From: Myxococcota bacterium
Lineage (GTDB): Bacteria; Myxococcota_A; SURF-8
DNA: 64,000 nucleotides
Assembly (NCBI GenBank): GCA_965140415.1
Contig: OZ223209.1
Location: 5,056,001-5,120,000 of the forward strand
Direction of reading: 5' to 3'
Positions 29,269 through 37,724 of this stretch are shown here, piece after piece. The position numbers were made by a program, and so were the translations under genes. A model generated the notes under the pieces. That model was not told the DNA's origin. It saw only the letters and a program-made list of their open reading frames with translations, and did no database searches. Within the stretch, counting starts at the first letter, position 1. Each line of letters begins with the position of its first letter.

Positions 29269-29523
29269 ATGTTTGCGGACCCCATAAATGAAGCTCTGAT
29301 GGATGTGCTCCGGCTCTGTCGGCAGATGCTGCAACTGGCCGAGCGTGGGGATGCGCTTCGCCGCGATGCGGGCTGCGGCGTGGTTTTTGGAACGCTGCGC
29401 GACGATGCCTACAAGGTGCGGCGGCTGGCGGAACGGGAGCTTGAAAAGCACGGTCATGCGAACCGGTCCATGGAACCGGCTCTTAACGATAAGCCCAACG
29501 ACACTAGAAAAAAGGAAGAGTAG
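29269..29523 (+). CDS. Small helical hypothetical protein with a D.GCG motif
   Basis: AAGGA RBS; first gene after the sigma54 promoter; GD..R.DAGCGVVFGTLRD.AY. Confidence 0.75.
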   Translation: MFADPINEALMDVLRLCRQMLQLAERGDALRRDAGCGVVFGTLRDDAYKVRRLAERELEKHGHANRSMEPALNDKPNDTRKKEE

Positions 29524-29528
29524 CAGCC

Positions 29529-29909
29529 ATGAGCGAAAAGAAAAAAGTACTTCTGGTGGATGACGAACAGGATCTGCTGACCTTTTTATCCGCCCTGTTC
29601 ACCGATCACGGCTATCAGCCGGTCACGGCGCTGGATGGGTTGGAGTGCGTGCAAAAGGCGCGCAGTGAAAAACCAGATTTGATCACCCTGGATATGACGA
29701 TGCCCAAGCAATCCGGAGTCAAGACCTTTCGCGAATTGAAAGACGACCCGGAACTCAAAGACATTCCGGTGATCGTCATCACGGCTATCGGCGAGAACAT
29801 GGGCGACTTTTTAAAGGGTCGCCGCCAGATTCCGCCGCCGGAAGGCTTCATGTCCAAACCGATCGATCAGAAGGAACTGATGGAAATGGCCAAGCAGTTG
29901 CTGGGCTGA
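29529..29909 (+). CDS. Single-domain response regulator (DivK/DVU0259-like)
   Basis: VLLVDDE, KPDLITLDMTMP, IPVIVIT, SKP. Confidence 0.92.
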   Translation: MSEKKKVLLVDDEQDLLTFLSALFTDHGYQPVTALDGLECVQKARSEKPDLITLDMTMPKQSGVKTFRELKDDPELKDIPVIVITAIGENMGDFLKGRRQIPPPEGFMSKPIDQKELMEMAKQLLG

Positions 29910-29964
29910 AACCACCGGATTTACATGCGCTTAGACCGCGCATGGTTGAAACAGGAGAAACCGC

Positions 29965-30927
29965 ATGTCCGTTCTCGTATACGTCATTGCTTACCTTGCC
30001 ATTGCCGTCTTCGGTATCGCCGTCGTCGTGCGCTTCGTCGATTACCTGAAAAAGCCCATTCACGTTCGCTGGGAACTGTATCCCGTGGCCCACGAAGGCA
30101 AACGCGCTGAATACGGCGGCGGCTATCTGGAAGAAGTGGACTGGTGGCAGAAGAAACGCGAAGTCTCGCACATCGGCGAGTTGAAAGTCATGATTCCCGA
30201 GATTCTGCTTTTAAAAGCGGTCTGGGAACACAATCGCCCGCTGTGGTTCGTGACCTATCCCTTTCACCTGGGACTGTATCTACTGATGGCCTTTATCGGC
30301 CTGTTGGGACTGGGTGCGATTTTGCAACTGGCCGGTGTATCGCTGGGTTCGGGAGCGGCTCCCGGCACGGTCATCACCAATCTGGCCGGACTGCTCGGAC
30401 CGCTGGGGTTCATTATCGCACTCATCGGCGCACTGGGACTGTTTTTCAGACGCCTGACCAATGAAGACATGCGAGCGTATTCCGGTTTCGGTCACTTCTT
30501 CAACCTGGCTGCCTTTATTCTGGCGACGGGACTGGCTATCGCCGTGTGGTTGTCGGTAGAGAACTACGCCGCACAGATGATGGGCTTTATGGCCGGGCTG
30601 TTAACCTTTGGCACGGCGGCAAGCGCAAAAGCTGTTGGAACTCAGCCGTTGTTCGCCGCGCACCTGATTGTCGCCTTTGTACTGATGGCTTACATCCCGC
30701 TTACGCACATGTCGCATTTCTTCATGAAATACTTCCTTTACCACGATATCCGCTGGGGAGATGAGCCCAATATCAATACGCCTCATACCGATGCCAAAAT
30801 TCAAACCGTGTTGAATTACCCGGTGTCCTGGGCGGCTGGCCATATCGCCGGACATGGTCGCACCACCTGGGCGGAGGTCGCCACGTTCAATCCTGCACGC
30901 GATGTCGAAGAAGGGAAGGAGAAATAA
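29965..30927 (+). CDS. DsrM/HdrE/NarI-like membrane b-type cytochrome
   Basis: Multi-TM; RWELYPV.HE motif; candidate heme-ligating His in PFHLG, AHLIV and THMSHF. Confidence 0.8.
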   Translation: MSVLVYVIAYLAIAVFGIAVVVRFVDYLKKPIHVRWELYPVAHEGKRAEYGGGYLEEVDWWQKKREVSHIGELKVMIPEILLLKAVWEHNRPLWFVTYPFHLGLYLLMAFIGLLGLGAILQLAGVSLGSGAAPGTVITNLAGLLGPLGFIIALIGALGLFFRRLTNEDMRAYSGFGHFFNLAAFILATGLAIAVWLSVENYAAQMMGFMAGLLTFGTAASAKAVGTQPLFAAHLIVAFVLMAYIPLTHMSHFFMKYFLYHDIRWGDEPNINTPHTDAKIQTVLNYPVSWAAGHIAGHGRTTWAEVATFNPARDVEEGKEK

Positions 30928-30928
30928 C

Positions 30929-32542
30929 ATGACCTCCAAATCCAGAAAAGCCAAGTTGAGCGATGTAAGCAAAGGCAATGAACCCTTAACCCACGTCGCC
31001 GTAGAAGATCTGATGCCTTTACCGGGCATGGAGGCGGAAAAAGACTGGACGCCGCTGAAAGACAACGTCAAACAGGACTATGCCTGTTTGCTGGACGACA
31101 CCTCCATTCTTCCGATTCCGCGTCCCAAAACGCCGGAAGAAGAGCAGGAAATGGTCCGGAAGTTTCTTTCCGGCATGGAAAAGCTGTTCACCAAGGAAAA
31201 CAACTGGACCTTCCTGGCTCAGCTAACCACAACGATGGAGCACTGCGCCAAATGCAACACCTGCTCGGATGCCTGTCATCTGTATGAGGCCAGCGGCAAA
31301 AACGAAGTCTACCGCCCGACCTTCCGCACGGAGGTTTTCCGGCGCATCTACAAAAAGTACGTCAAGAAAGAAACGATGGCAGACTGGCGCAACGGTCCCA
31401 TCGATCTGACCTGGCAGGCCGTGGCACGATTGGGTGAAATGGCCTACCGCTGCAACCTATGCCGTCGTTGTGCGCAAACCTGCCCCATCGGGGCGGACAA
31501 CGGCCTGGTGGCGCGCGAAATCCGCAAGATCTTCAGCCAGGAAATGGGCATTCAAACGCCGGAACTGCACGAAAAAGGCTCGATGCTGCAATTGAAAACC
31601 GGCTCCTCCACCAACATGAACTCTCTTGTCGTAAAGGACAACATGGAGTTCATCGACGAGGATATCAATGAAATCAGCGGCTTCAAGTACGAAACGCCTT
31701 GGGATGTGGAGGGCGCGGACATCCTGCTGATCCACAACGCCGGTGAAATTCTGGCCTGGCCGGAGAACGTCGGCGCGTTCGGCATCATTTTCGAAGCGGC
31801 AGGCTTGTCCTGGACGTTAAGCAGCGACTTAGCCGCCTACGACAGCATCAACTACGGTGTTTTCTACGACGACGTTCAGTTCGCCCGCACGGCGATCCTA
31901 CAGGCGCAGGCAGCGGAGAAACTGGGAGTAAAGAAAATCGTGCTCGGCGAATGCGGCCACGCACACAAGGCATTGACCGTCATTGCCGACCGCGTGCTGC
32001 CTGAAGGCTTGAAAATCCCGCGCGAAAGCTGCTTCCCGCTATTGCGTGACATCGTTTTTAACGAGGGCGGAAAGTACAATGATATCAAGTTCGATCCGTC
32101 CCGCAACGACTTCCCGGTGACCGTACACGACCCCTGCAACCTGACGCGCCTGATGGGCATCATCAAGCCGCAACGCGACGTCTTGCATAAACTCTGTCCA
32201 CAGTTCAGAGAGATGACGCCGCACGGGGCGCACAACTACTGTTGTGGCGGCGGCAGCGGCTTTGCCATCATGGGGCGCAACAACATTCACGACTGGCGCT
32301 TCAAGGTTGCCGGTCGCAAGAAACTGGAACAGATTCTGAATGCCTTCTCCGATTGTCGTGGTCCTGAAACTAAGAAGTACGTATGTGCTCCATGCTCAAA
32401 CTGCAAAGGACAGATTCGCGATATCTTCGAAAATTACGGACTGTTCGAAAAGGAAAGTCTGATTTACGCCGGTTTGGTCGAACTCATCGTCAATGCGATG
32501 GTCGATGTCAATCCGGGCTTTATCAAATGGGAGCAGATGTAG
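30929..32542 (+). CDS. DsrK/HdrD-like Fe-S protein (two ferredoxin motifs plus CCG domain)
   Basis: CAKCNTCSDAC, CNLCRRCAQTC, GECGH, HDPCN, CCGGG, PCSNC; AAGGAG RBS before ATG 30929. Confidence 0.88.
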   Translation: MTSKSRKAKLSDVSKGNEPLTHVAVEDLMPLPGMEAEKDWTPLKDNVKQDYACLLDDTSILPIPRPKTPEEEQEMVRKFLSGMEKLFTKENNWTFLAQLTTTMEHCAKCNTCSDACHLYEASGKNEVYRPTFRTEVFRRIYKKYVKKETMADWRNGPIDLTWQAVARLGEMAYRCNLCRRCAQTCPIGADNGLVAREIRKIFSQEMGIQTPELHEKGSMLQLKTGSSTNMNSLVVKDNMEFIDEDINEISGFKYETPWDVEGADILLIHNAGEILAWPENVGAFGIIFEAAGLSWTLSSDLAAYDSINYGVFYDDVQFARTAILQAQAAEKLGVKKIVLGECGHAHKALTVIADRVLPEGLKIPRESCFPLLRDIVFNEGGKYNDIKFDPSRNDFPVTVHDPCNLTRLMGIIKPQRDVLHKLCPQFREMTPHGAHNYCCGGGSGFAIMGRNNIHDWRFKVAGRKKLEQILNAFSDCRGPETKKYVCAPCSNCKGQIRDIFENYGLFEKESLIYAGLVELIVNAMVDVNPGFIKWEQM

Positions 32543-32617
32543 CTGCCCTTCGAGGCATCGAAGTGCAGCTTGACGCTCCCCGAAGCAGCGAAAACCTTTG
32601 GATACAAGGAGGCAGTG

Positions 32618-33136
32618 ATGGCAACGGCGGCGGAAAAAAACATTCTGGTGGTCGAGGATGAGCCGGATGTGCAACTGGTGCTTTCCACGGCCTTACAGGA
32701 CGCGGGATTCTCCGTTCGCACGGCGAGTAACGGTCACGAGGCGTACAATCAGGTCAAGTTTGAAGTTCCCGATCTGATTACGCTGGATCTGGTGATGCCC
32801 GGCATGAGTGGTGCGTTGTTTTACAGCAAACTGCGCAAAAATACCAATTGGGGCAACATCCCCGTGATCGTCATTTCTGCTCACGCAAAAGATGAGTTCG
32901 GGCGCAAGGATTTCGAAGACATGATGCGCGGACGCGAATTCGAGCCACCGCAGGCGTTTCTGGAAAAACCGGTGGATACCGCCGACCTGATTCGGAAAGT
33001 GGCCGAGCTGTTGGAAGTGGAAGCCACCGAAATTCTGGCCGGACCCGAAGCGCAAACACGCGAAGAAATCCTCTCGAAACTCAATGGAGTGGATCTGGAT
33101 ACGCTCAAAAAGGTGCGCGAAGTACTAAACCGCTGA
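32618..33136 (+). CDS. Response regulator receiver protein with a short C-terminal extension
   Basis: ILVVEDE, PDLITLDLVMP, IPVIVISA, EKP; AGGAGG RBS. Confidence 0.9.
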   Translation: MATAAEKNILVVEDEPDVQLVLSTALQDAGFSVRTASNGHEAYNQVKFEVPDLITLDLVMPGMSGALFYSKLRKNTNWGNIPVIVISAHAKDEFGRKDFEDMMRGREFEPPQAFLEKPVDTADLIRKVAELLEVEATEILAGPEAQTREEILSKLNGVDLDTLKKVREVLNR

Positions 33137-33199
33137 CTTGTTTAATACTTCCCTGCCCGATCCGTGACGGCAAGAACCGACCTGGGAGTGATTGCCCAT

Positions 33200-33231
33200 G
33201 CCTGCGCCCCCGTATTTTCGGAGGCGCAGGC
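33200..33231 (+). terminator. GC-rich hairpin after the operon (possible terminator)
   Basis: GCCTGCGCC...GGCGCAGGC; no clear U-tract. Confidence 0.4.
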
Positions 33232-33491
33232 GCCGTCTATTCTTCAAGTAACGTTTTACAGGTCTATAAAGAATCCTTACATTTCTTCGAGTAACCCCGC
33301 ATTTTTCCTTGCCCCATAACCAGTGCTACGAGTAGAATCCTCTCTGGCTTGGTGTCAACACTGCAACGATGTAAAATGAAAACGATTCTTTTCTATATTT
33401 GCCGCCGGGCCGATCATCTTCCGAATGCCAATGGGAAAAATGATTTGCCGCCTCGTTTTTCTCTCTCCTTCTTTATTTGAAAGGATCACCT

Positions 33492-36422
33492 ATGTTTTCA
33501 CATCGCCTACCTCTGATCGTTTGCGCACTGACATTGTTCTGGTTTTTAGCGCTGCCCGGTTGCAGCAGTGACAGCGATCCGGGAATCCTGTTTTCTGGAG
33601 ACATTGAACAGGCGGACACGTCCGTGGATGGCGATACGACCGATGCGGAAGCGGAACTTCCTGTAGAAGACGGTGACACTCAAGAAGGCGAGCAAGCTGC
33701 CGACGGCGACAGCACCGACGGGGATAGCGTCGTCGATGGAGATCTTCCCATTGATGGCGACACGGCAGATGGAGACGCGAGCGACGGCGACCTGATCTGG
33801 ATCGACGGTGATTTCTGGCCGGACGGCGATGATGTCGATGGAGATGATACCGATGGCGATGAAGAATTACAACGCCCCCGCCGTGGCTGGGTAGAGGAAC
33901 TGCCGGCCGAAAGCGCAAGTTGTGAAGATGCCTGCAAAACCATGGCGGATTGCGGTCACTTCGAAGGTCGTCACAGCGCAATCGATGACGAGGCGGATTG
34001 TTTACAGCGTTGCCAAAACGCAGATAGCCTTCCTTTCGGCGGTCCGACCTATTCAGACGACTATTTCAAGCGTTGCGCCTCGCAGACCGACTGCAACGAC
34101 AACCAGTATTGCAGCGACTGGCTGGCCGATCCGCGTGTGGATTATTCCTGCGAAGTCGTTTGTCTGTGCATGGAAGGCTATATGAACGAAACCGGAATAC
34201 GCACCGATTTCAGCATGTTAAACGACACTGCGTATACTCCGCAGGGCTTGACTCCAGCGACCGACGTGCAGGTCTTCGACAACCGCTCTTCGTTGGATAT
34301 CGAAGCGGCGCTGGACGCCTTCGACGTTCCCGCTCGCCTGTACGCCAAAGGGCATTTCGTTCAGATCCGCGCCACGCAACTGGCCGATCCGCAAGGCATA
34401 TTGGCCCTAGCCCAGAACATGGAACCGCTGCCGACCTTCCGCGACGCCAACGGACGCATTCTGGCTGCCACCGACCGCCTGATCGTGACCCCCAAGACCG
34501 GACGTCATACGTTACAAGCTAGCAGCTTTGCTGCACTGGGTCTGCAAAAAGCCAAGCAACTGAGCTGGTCGCCCTCCGGTATGTGGATCGCTCAGGCCGA
34601 CTCTCCGCGCGAAGCACTGCGCATCGCCGCCCAGCTTAACCAACGCAACGACATCACGGCGGAAATCGACTACGTCCGGTTCTACAAACGGCACTATATT
34701 CCCAACGATCCGCTTTTCGATTACCAGTGGCATCTGCGCAATACCGGCATGACGCAGCAGGTCGCCCACAATGATGCACGCGTGTGGGAAGCCTGGGATC
34801 TGGAAAAAGGCGAGCAGAGCGTGGTATTGGGCATCAACGACGATGGCTGCGACCTGAACCACCCGGATCTCGTCGGAAATATGGAACCGGCACTGGACTT
34901 CCCCGATGACTGGGAAGCGCAAGCACTGGCGGGAAGTTTTGGCTGGCACGGTTCGAGCGTAGCCGGTGTGACTGCCGCAAAGGGTGACAACTCTATAGGT
35001 GTCAGCGGTGTCTGTCCCAATTGCCGCCTGCGTTGCAGTAACGCCTTTGAATACCCTTCGGAAGACGATCCCATCGGCTCCAGCGACAGCATCACCGCCA
35101 GCAAATTCGTGTTACAGGCCGACGCAGGAACGGCAGCGGTCAACAATAGCTGGGGCTACGACATGGGCGATCCGCTCGTCTGGGGTGACGCCCCTGCTTT
35201 GATTCCCTTGGCCGGTGTCATTCGCGACGCCTTCGCCTATGCTGAAAGCGACGGCCGAGATGGCAAAGGCATGGTGATTCTTTTCTCCGCCGGAAATGAG
35301 AATACGGATCTGGCCGGAAATGAAATGCTGAATGTCGACACCATTGTGACCGTCGGCGCAACCGACGATCAGGGCTTGAAGAGCTACTATTCCAGCTTCG
35401 GCGCGACCGTGGATATAACCGCTCCCAGTAACGGCGGCATTACGGGTATCGTCACCACCGCCGCACGCGGCAGCGGCGATAACGGCCAGGACGACTACAC
35501 CTTCTCCTTCGGCGGCACCAGTTCCAGTTGTCCCTTCACCACCGGCGTGGTCGGTTTGATCCTTTCCGCCAACCCCGATTTGACCGCAGCCCAGGTACGC
35601 GACATTCTGAAAAAGAGCGCGCGCAAAATCGATCCGGCTCATGGCAAGTGGGATGAAAACGGCCACAGCAAGTATTACGGCTACGGCATGGTGGATGCCT
35701 ATGTCGCCGTCAGCATGGCACTGGATGCACAAAGCTGCACCGAACGTGAAGACTGCCTCTCCCCCACCGACCGCTGCACGAGCATTGGCCGGGACGGCGC
35801 CTGCGAGCGGGCGGCCTGTGATGAATGCACCGACAACAGCCAGTGCGCCTCCGGCGCGTGTCAGGCGTTACCGGAATTGCAGAAACAGCTTTGCGTGGAA
35901 AGCATGACCGAACAGGGAGCCTGCCCGGCAGAGCATTACGAAGTCAACGGCTATTGCCTGCCGCAACGCGGTGCTTGCGGTTCCTGCGACAGCACGGAAG
36001 ACGAAGTCTGCAACGGTCGCGACGACGACTGCAACGGCGTCGTCGATGACGGCGGCGTATGTGGCGATTACGAGCAGTTATGCCACGACGACCGCGATTG
36101 CCCCAGCGGCACGATCTGTCTGGCCTTGCAATGCTATCCCACCTGTACGAACGATGCGGATTGCGCTTCGGATCAATATGAAATGGACTGCCTGTATCCC
36201 TCCGGTCGTTTCGGTGGCGAGTTGCCAAGCTCTCAGGTGTGTATGCGTGTCGGCTTCGGGATGGAATGCGATGCCATGTGCGGCTTGATGCTTTCGGATA
36301 ACGACGATCAGAACATGCTGGATATCCAAGCCTGCATCGAGGATCAGGTCATCAACAACCAGGTCAACTGCATGGGATTGTTCCAGCAATGCATGTCCCT
36401 GCTCGGTGGGCGCAGCGAGTAG
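33492..36422 (+). CDS. S8 (subtilisin-like) serine protease lipoprotein with a DGD linker and Cys-rich domains
   Basis: Lipobox LPGC; catalytic triad motifs INDDG, HGSSVAG, GTSSSCP; AGNE; C-terminal CNGRDDDCNGVVDD. Confidence 0.9.
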   Translation: MFSHRLPLIVCALTLFWFLALPGCSSDSDPGILFSGDIEQADTSVDGDTTDAEAELPVEDGDTQEGEQAADGDSTDGDSVVDGDLPIDGDTADGDASDGDLIWIDGDFWPDGDDVDGDDTDGDEELQRPRRGWVEELPAESASCEDACKTMADCGHFEGRHSAIDDEADCLQRCQNADSLPFGGPTYSDDYFKRCASQTDCNDNQYCSDWLADPRVDYSCEVVCLCMEGYMNETGIRTDFSMLNDTAYTPQGLTPATDVQVFDNRSSLDIEAALDAFDVPARLYAKGHFVQIRATQLADPQGILALAQNMEPLPTFRDANGRILAATDRLIVTPKTGRHTLQASSFAALGLQKAKQLSWSPSGMWIAQADSPREALRIAAQLNQRNDITAEIDYVRFYKRHYIPNDPLFDYQWHLRNTGMTQQVAHNDARVWEAWDLEKGEQSVVLGINDDGCDLNHPDLVGNMEPALDFPDDWEAQALAGSFGWHGSSVAGVTAAKGDNSIGVSGVCPNCRLRCSNAFEYPSEDDPIGSSDSITASKFVLQADAGTAAVNNSWGYDMGDPLVWGDAPALIPLAGVIRDAFAYAESDGRDGKGMVILFSAGNENTDLAGNEMLNVDTIVTVGATDDQGLKSYYSSFGATVDITAPSNGGITGIVTTAARGSGDNGQDDYTFSFGGTSSSCPFTTGVVGLILSANPDLTAAQVRDILKKSARKIDPAHGKWDENGHSKYYGYGMVDAYVAVSMALDAQSCTEREDCLSPTDRCTSIGRDGACERAACDECTDNSQCASGACQALPELQKQLCVESMTEQGACPAEHYEVNGYCLPQRGACGSCDSTEDEVCNGRDDDCNGVVDDGGVCGDYEQLCHDDRDCPSGTICLALQCYPTCTNDADCASDQYEMDCLYPSGRFGGELPSSQVCMRVGFGMECDAMCGLMLSDNDDQNMLDIQACIEDQVINNQVNCMGLFQQCMSLLGGRSE

Positions 36423-36440
36423 ACGACAACCTTTCGATGA

Positions 36441-36475
36441 ATGGGTGGTAAGGGCTAAGCCACAGGCTTGCCCTT
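36441..36475. repeat. REP-like palindrome, family B
   Basis: TGGGTGG...AAGCCACAGGCTTGCCC; similar copy at 43161-43200. Confidence 0.55.
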
Positions 36476-36500
36476 GTTCGAAAACCCCTTTAATGTACCT

Positions 36501-36568
36501 GTAGCGGCGGAGCGTAAGCCCGCCGTTTTTTAATGACGTTTCTCGGCGGGCTCACGCCTCGCCGTTAC
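36501..36568. repeat. GTAG-type REP doublet (REPIN-like), family A
   Basis: GTAGCGGCGGAGCGTAAGCCCGCCG plus inverted copy CGGCGGGCTCACGCCTCGCCGTTAC; second copy at 59131. Confidence 0.75.
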
Positions 36569-36697
36569 GAAGAAGCATCAGTAGTATATGGGTGAAAACT
36601 CTTATAGGAACCCGCATATCCGGAAAAGGGCACTCCATTTGCGGCATATCGACGATATACGCAATGGAAGAGAGGGGAAGTGTAACGTTTGAGGATG

Positions 36698-37291
36698 TCA
36701 GTTGTAGAGTATCGCCAATATCAACCCGATCACAACCAGCAGTCCTATCGCTAAAATCGCAATCGACCACCAGCCGCTATCCCCCCAATGAAGCAGGTTC
36801 AGCAGACGTCCGCCATTGTCCGAGATGTTTTCATCCTGGAGAAAGCGAATCGCTTTGGAACTCTCAAAGTCCTTCGCCGCCTTGCTTCCCTCTTTGAAAG
36901 GTGACCATTTGTCTTTGATCGTATTTACCTTTCCGTTAAAGGCCTGTTTTGACTTCGATAAATAGCGATGCACCTCACCACCCAACTGCTTAGGGGTTCT
37001 TTTCGCAAGATGATCGCCGTTCCCTTTCTTGAAATCGGGACGCTCTTGAATCGGCACCTTGGGAAGGGGGAGGGTCAACGTTGATGAGAAGGTATGTTCG
37101 CTTCGAGCAGCAAATAGCAAGTGTAACCCGGTAAAGTGAATGGCTGCGCTCCACTTTCCCATTGTCCGATCATATACTTCATCATCGGGTCACAGGCCAC
37201 CGTCTGAAACCAGTTTCTTCAAGGCTTTCAGGGTTTTAGCCCCGTAGTACTCTCCCCCGCGACGAATGATGTAGTTCCATCGTTGTATCAT
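36698..37291 (-). pseudogene. GYF_2 (DUF4339)-like membrane-anchored protein interrupted by an in-frame TGA (37190-37192)
   Basis: MIQRWNYIIRRGGEYYGAKTLKALKKLVSDGGL*PDDEVYDRTMGKWSAA continues in frame into ORF 36698-37162, which ends in a TM helix. Confidence 0.6.
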
Positions 37292-37724
37292 CTTGTTTGC
37301 CTTGAAGCGGTTCAGTTTATAAAGAACGGTGACGTATTTAAAAGAGGCGAAAATCGAATAAAATATTTCATGGCATGTCAATTCTCCGCCGATACGAAGA
37401 ATCACTACTAATACTTAACATAGCTTATCAGAATTAAAATCGAATGTCACCCAATTTCTTACAAAGAGTAAAATTTCGTACGAATTTCAAACGGTCACGA
37501 CGATAAGCCATAGACCGAGATAACATTCAATCCTGCACTTCCCGTTGATCTTAATGGCCAAGACAAAAGCCGAAAAAGATCTTAAAAAAAATCAAACAGA
37601 TTTTCAATTTCCTGTGATGCCCCCGGCTTCTCTTTTTCAATCTCTTGGACATTTGCTGACAATCGGGTATCATGACCGCACGAATTCGTAAAAATCTAAC
37701 AAGATGACCGGCAGGAGAAGCGAT

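Noticed and set aside
29965-32542. Calling these genes true dsrM and dsrK and inferring sulfate reduction
   Set aside because: No dsrAB, dsrC or dsrJOP in the window, and paralogous families (HmcEF, TmcCB, HdrED) cannot be separated by eye.
37190-37192. Selenocysteine codon
   Set aside because: The position is not Cys-like in the GYF_2 pattern and the downstream hairpin is weak; a nonsense mutation is more parsimonious.
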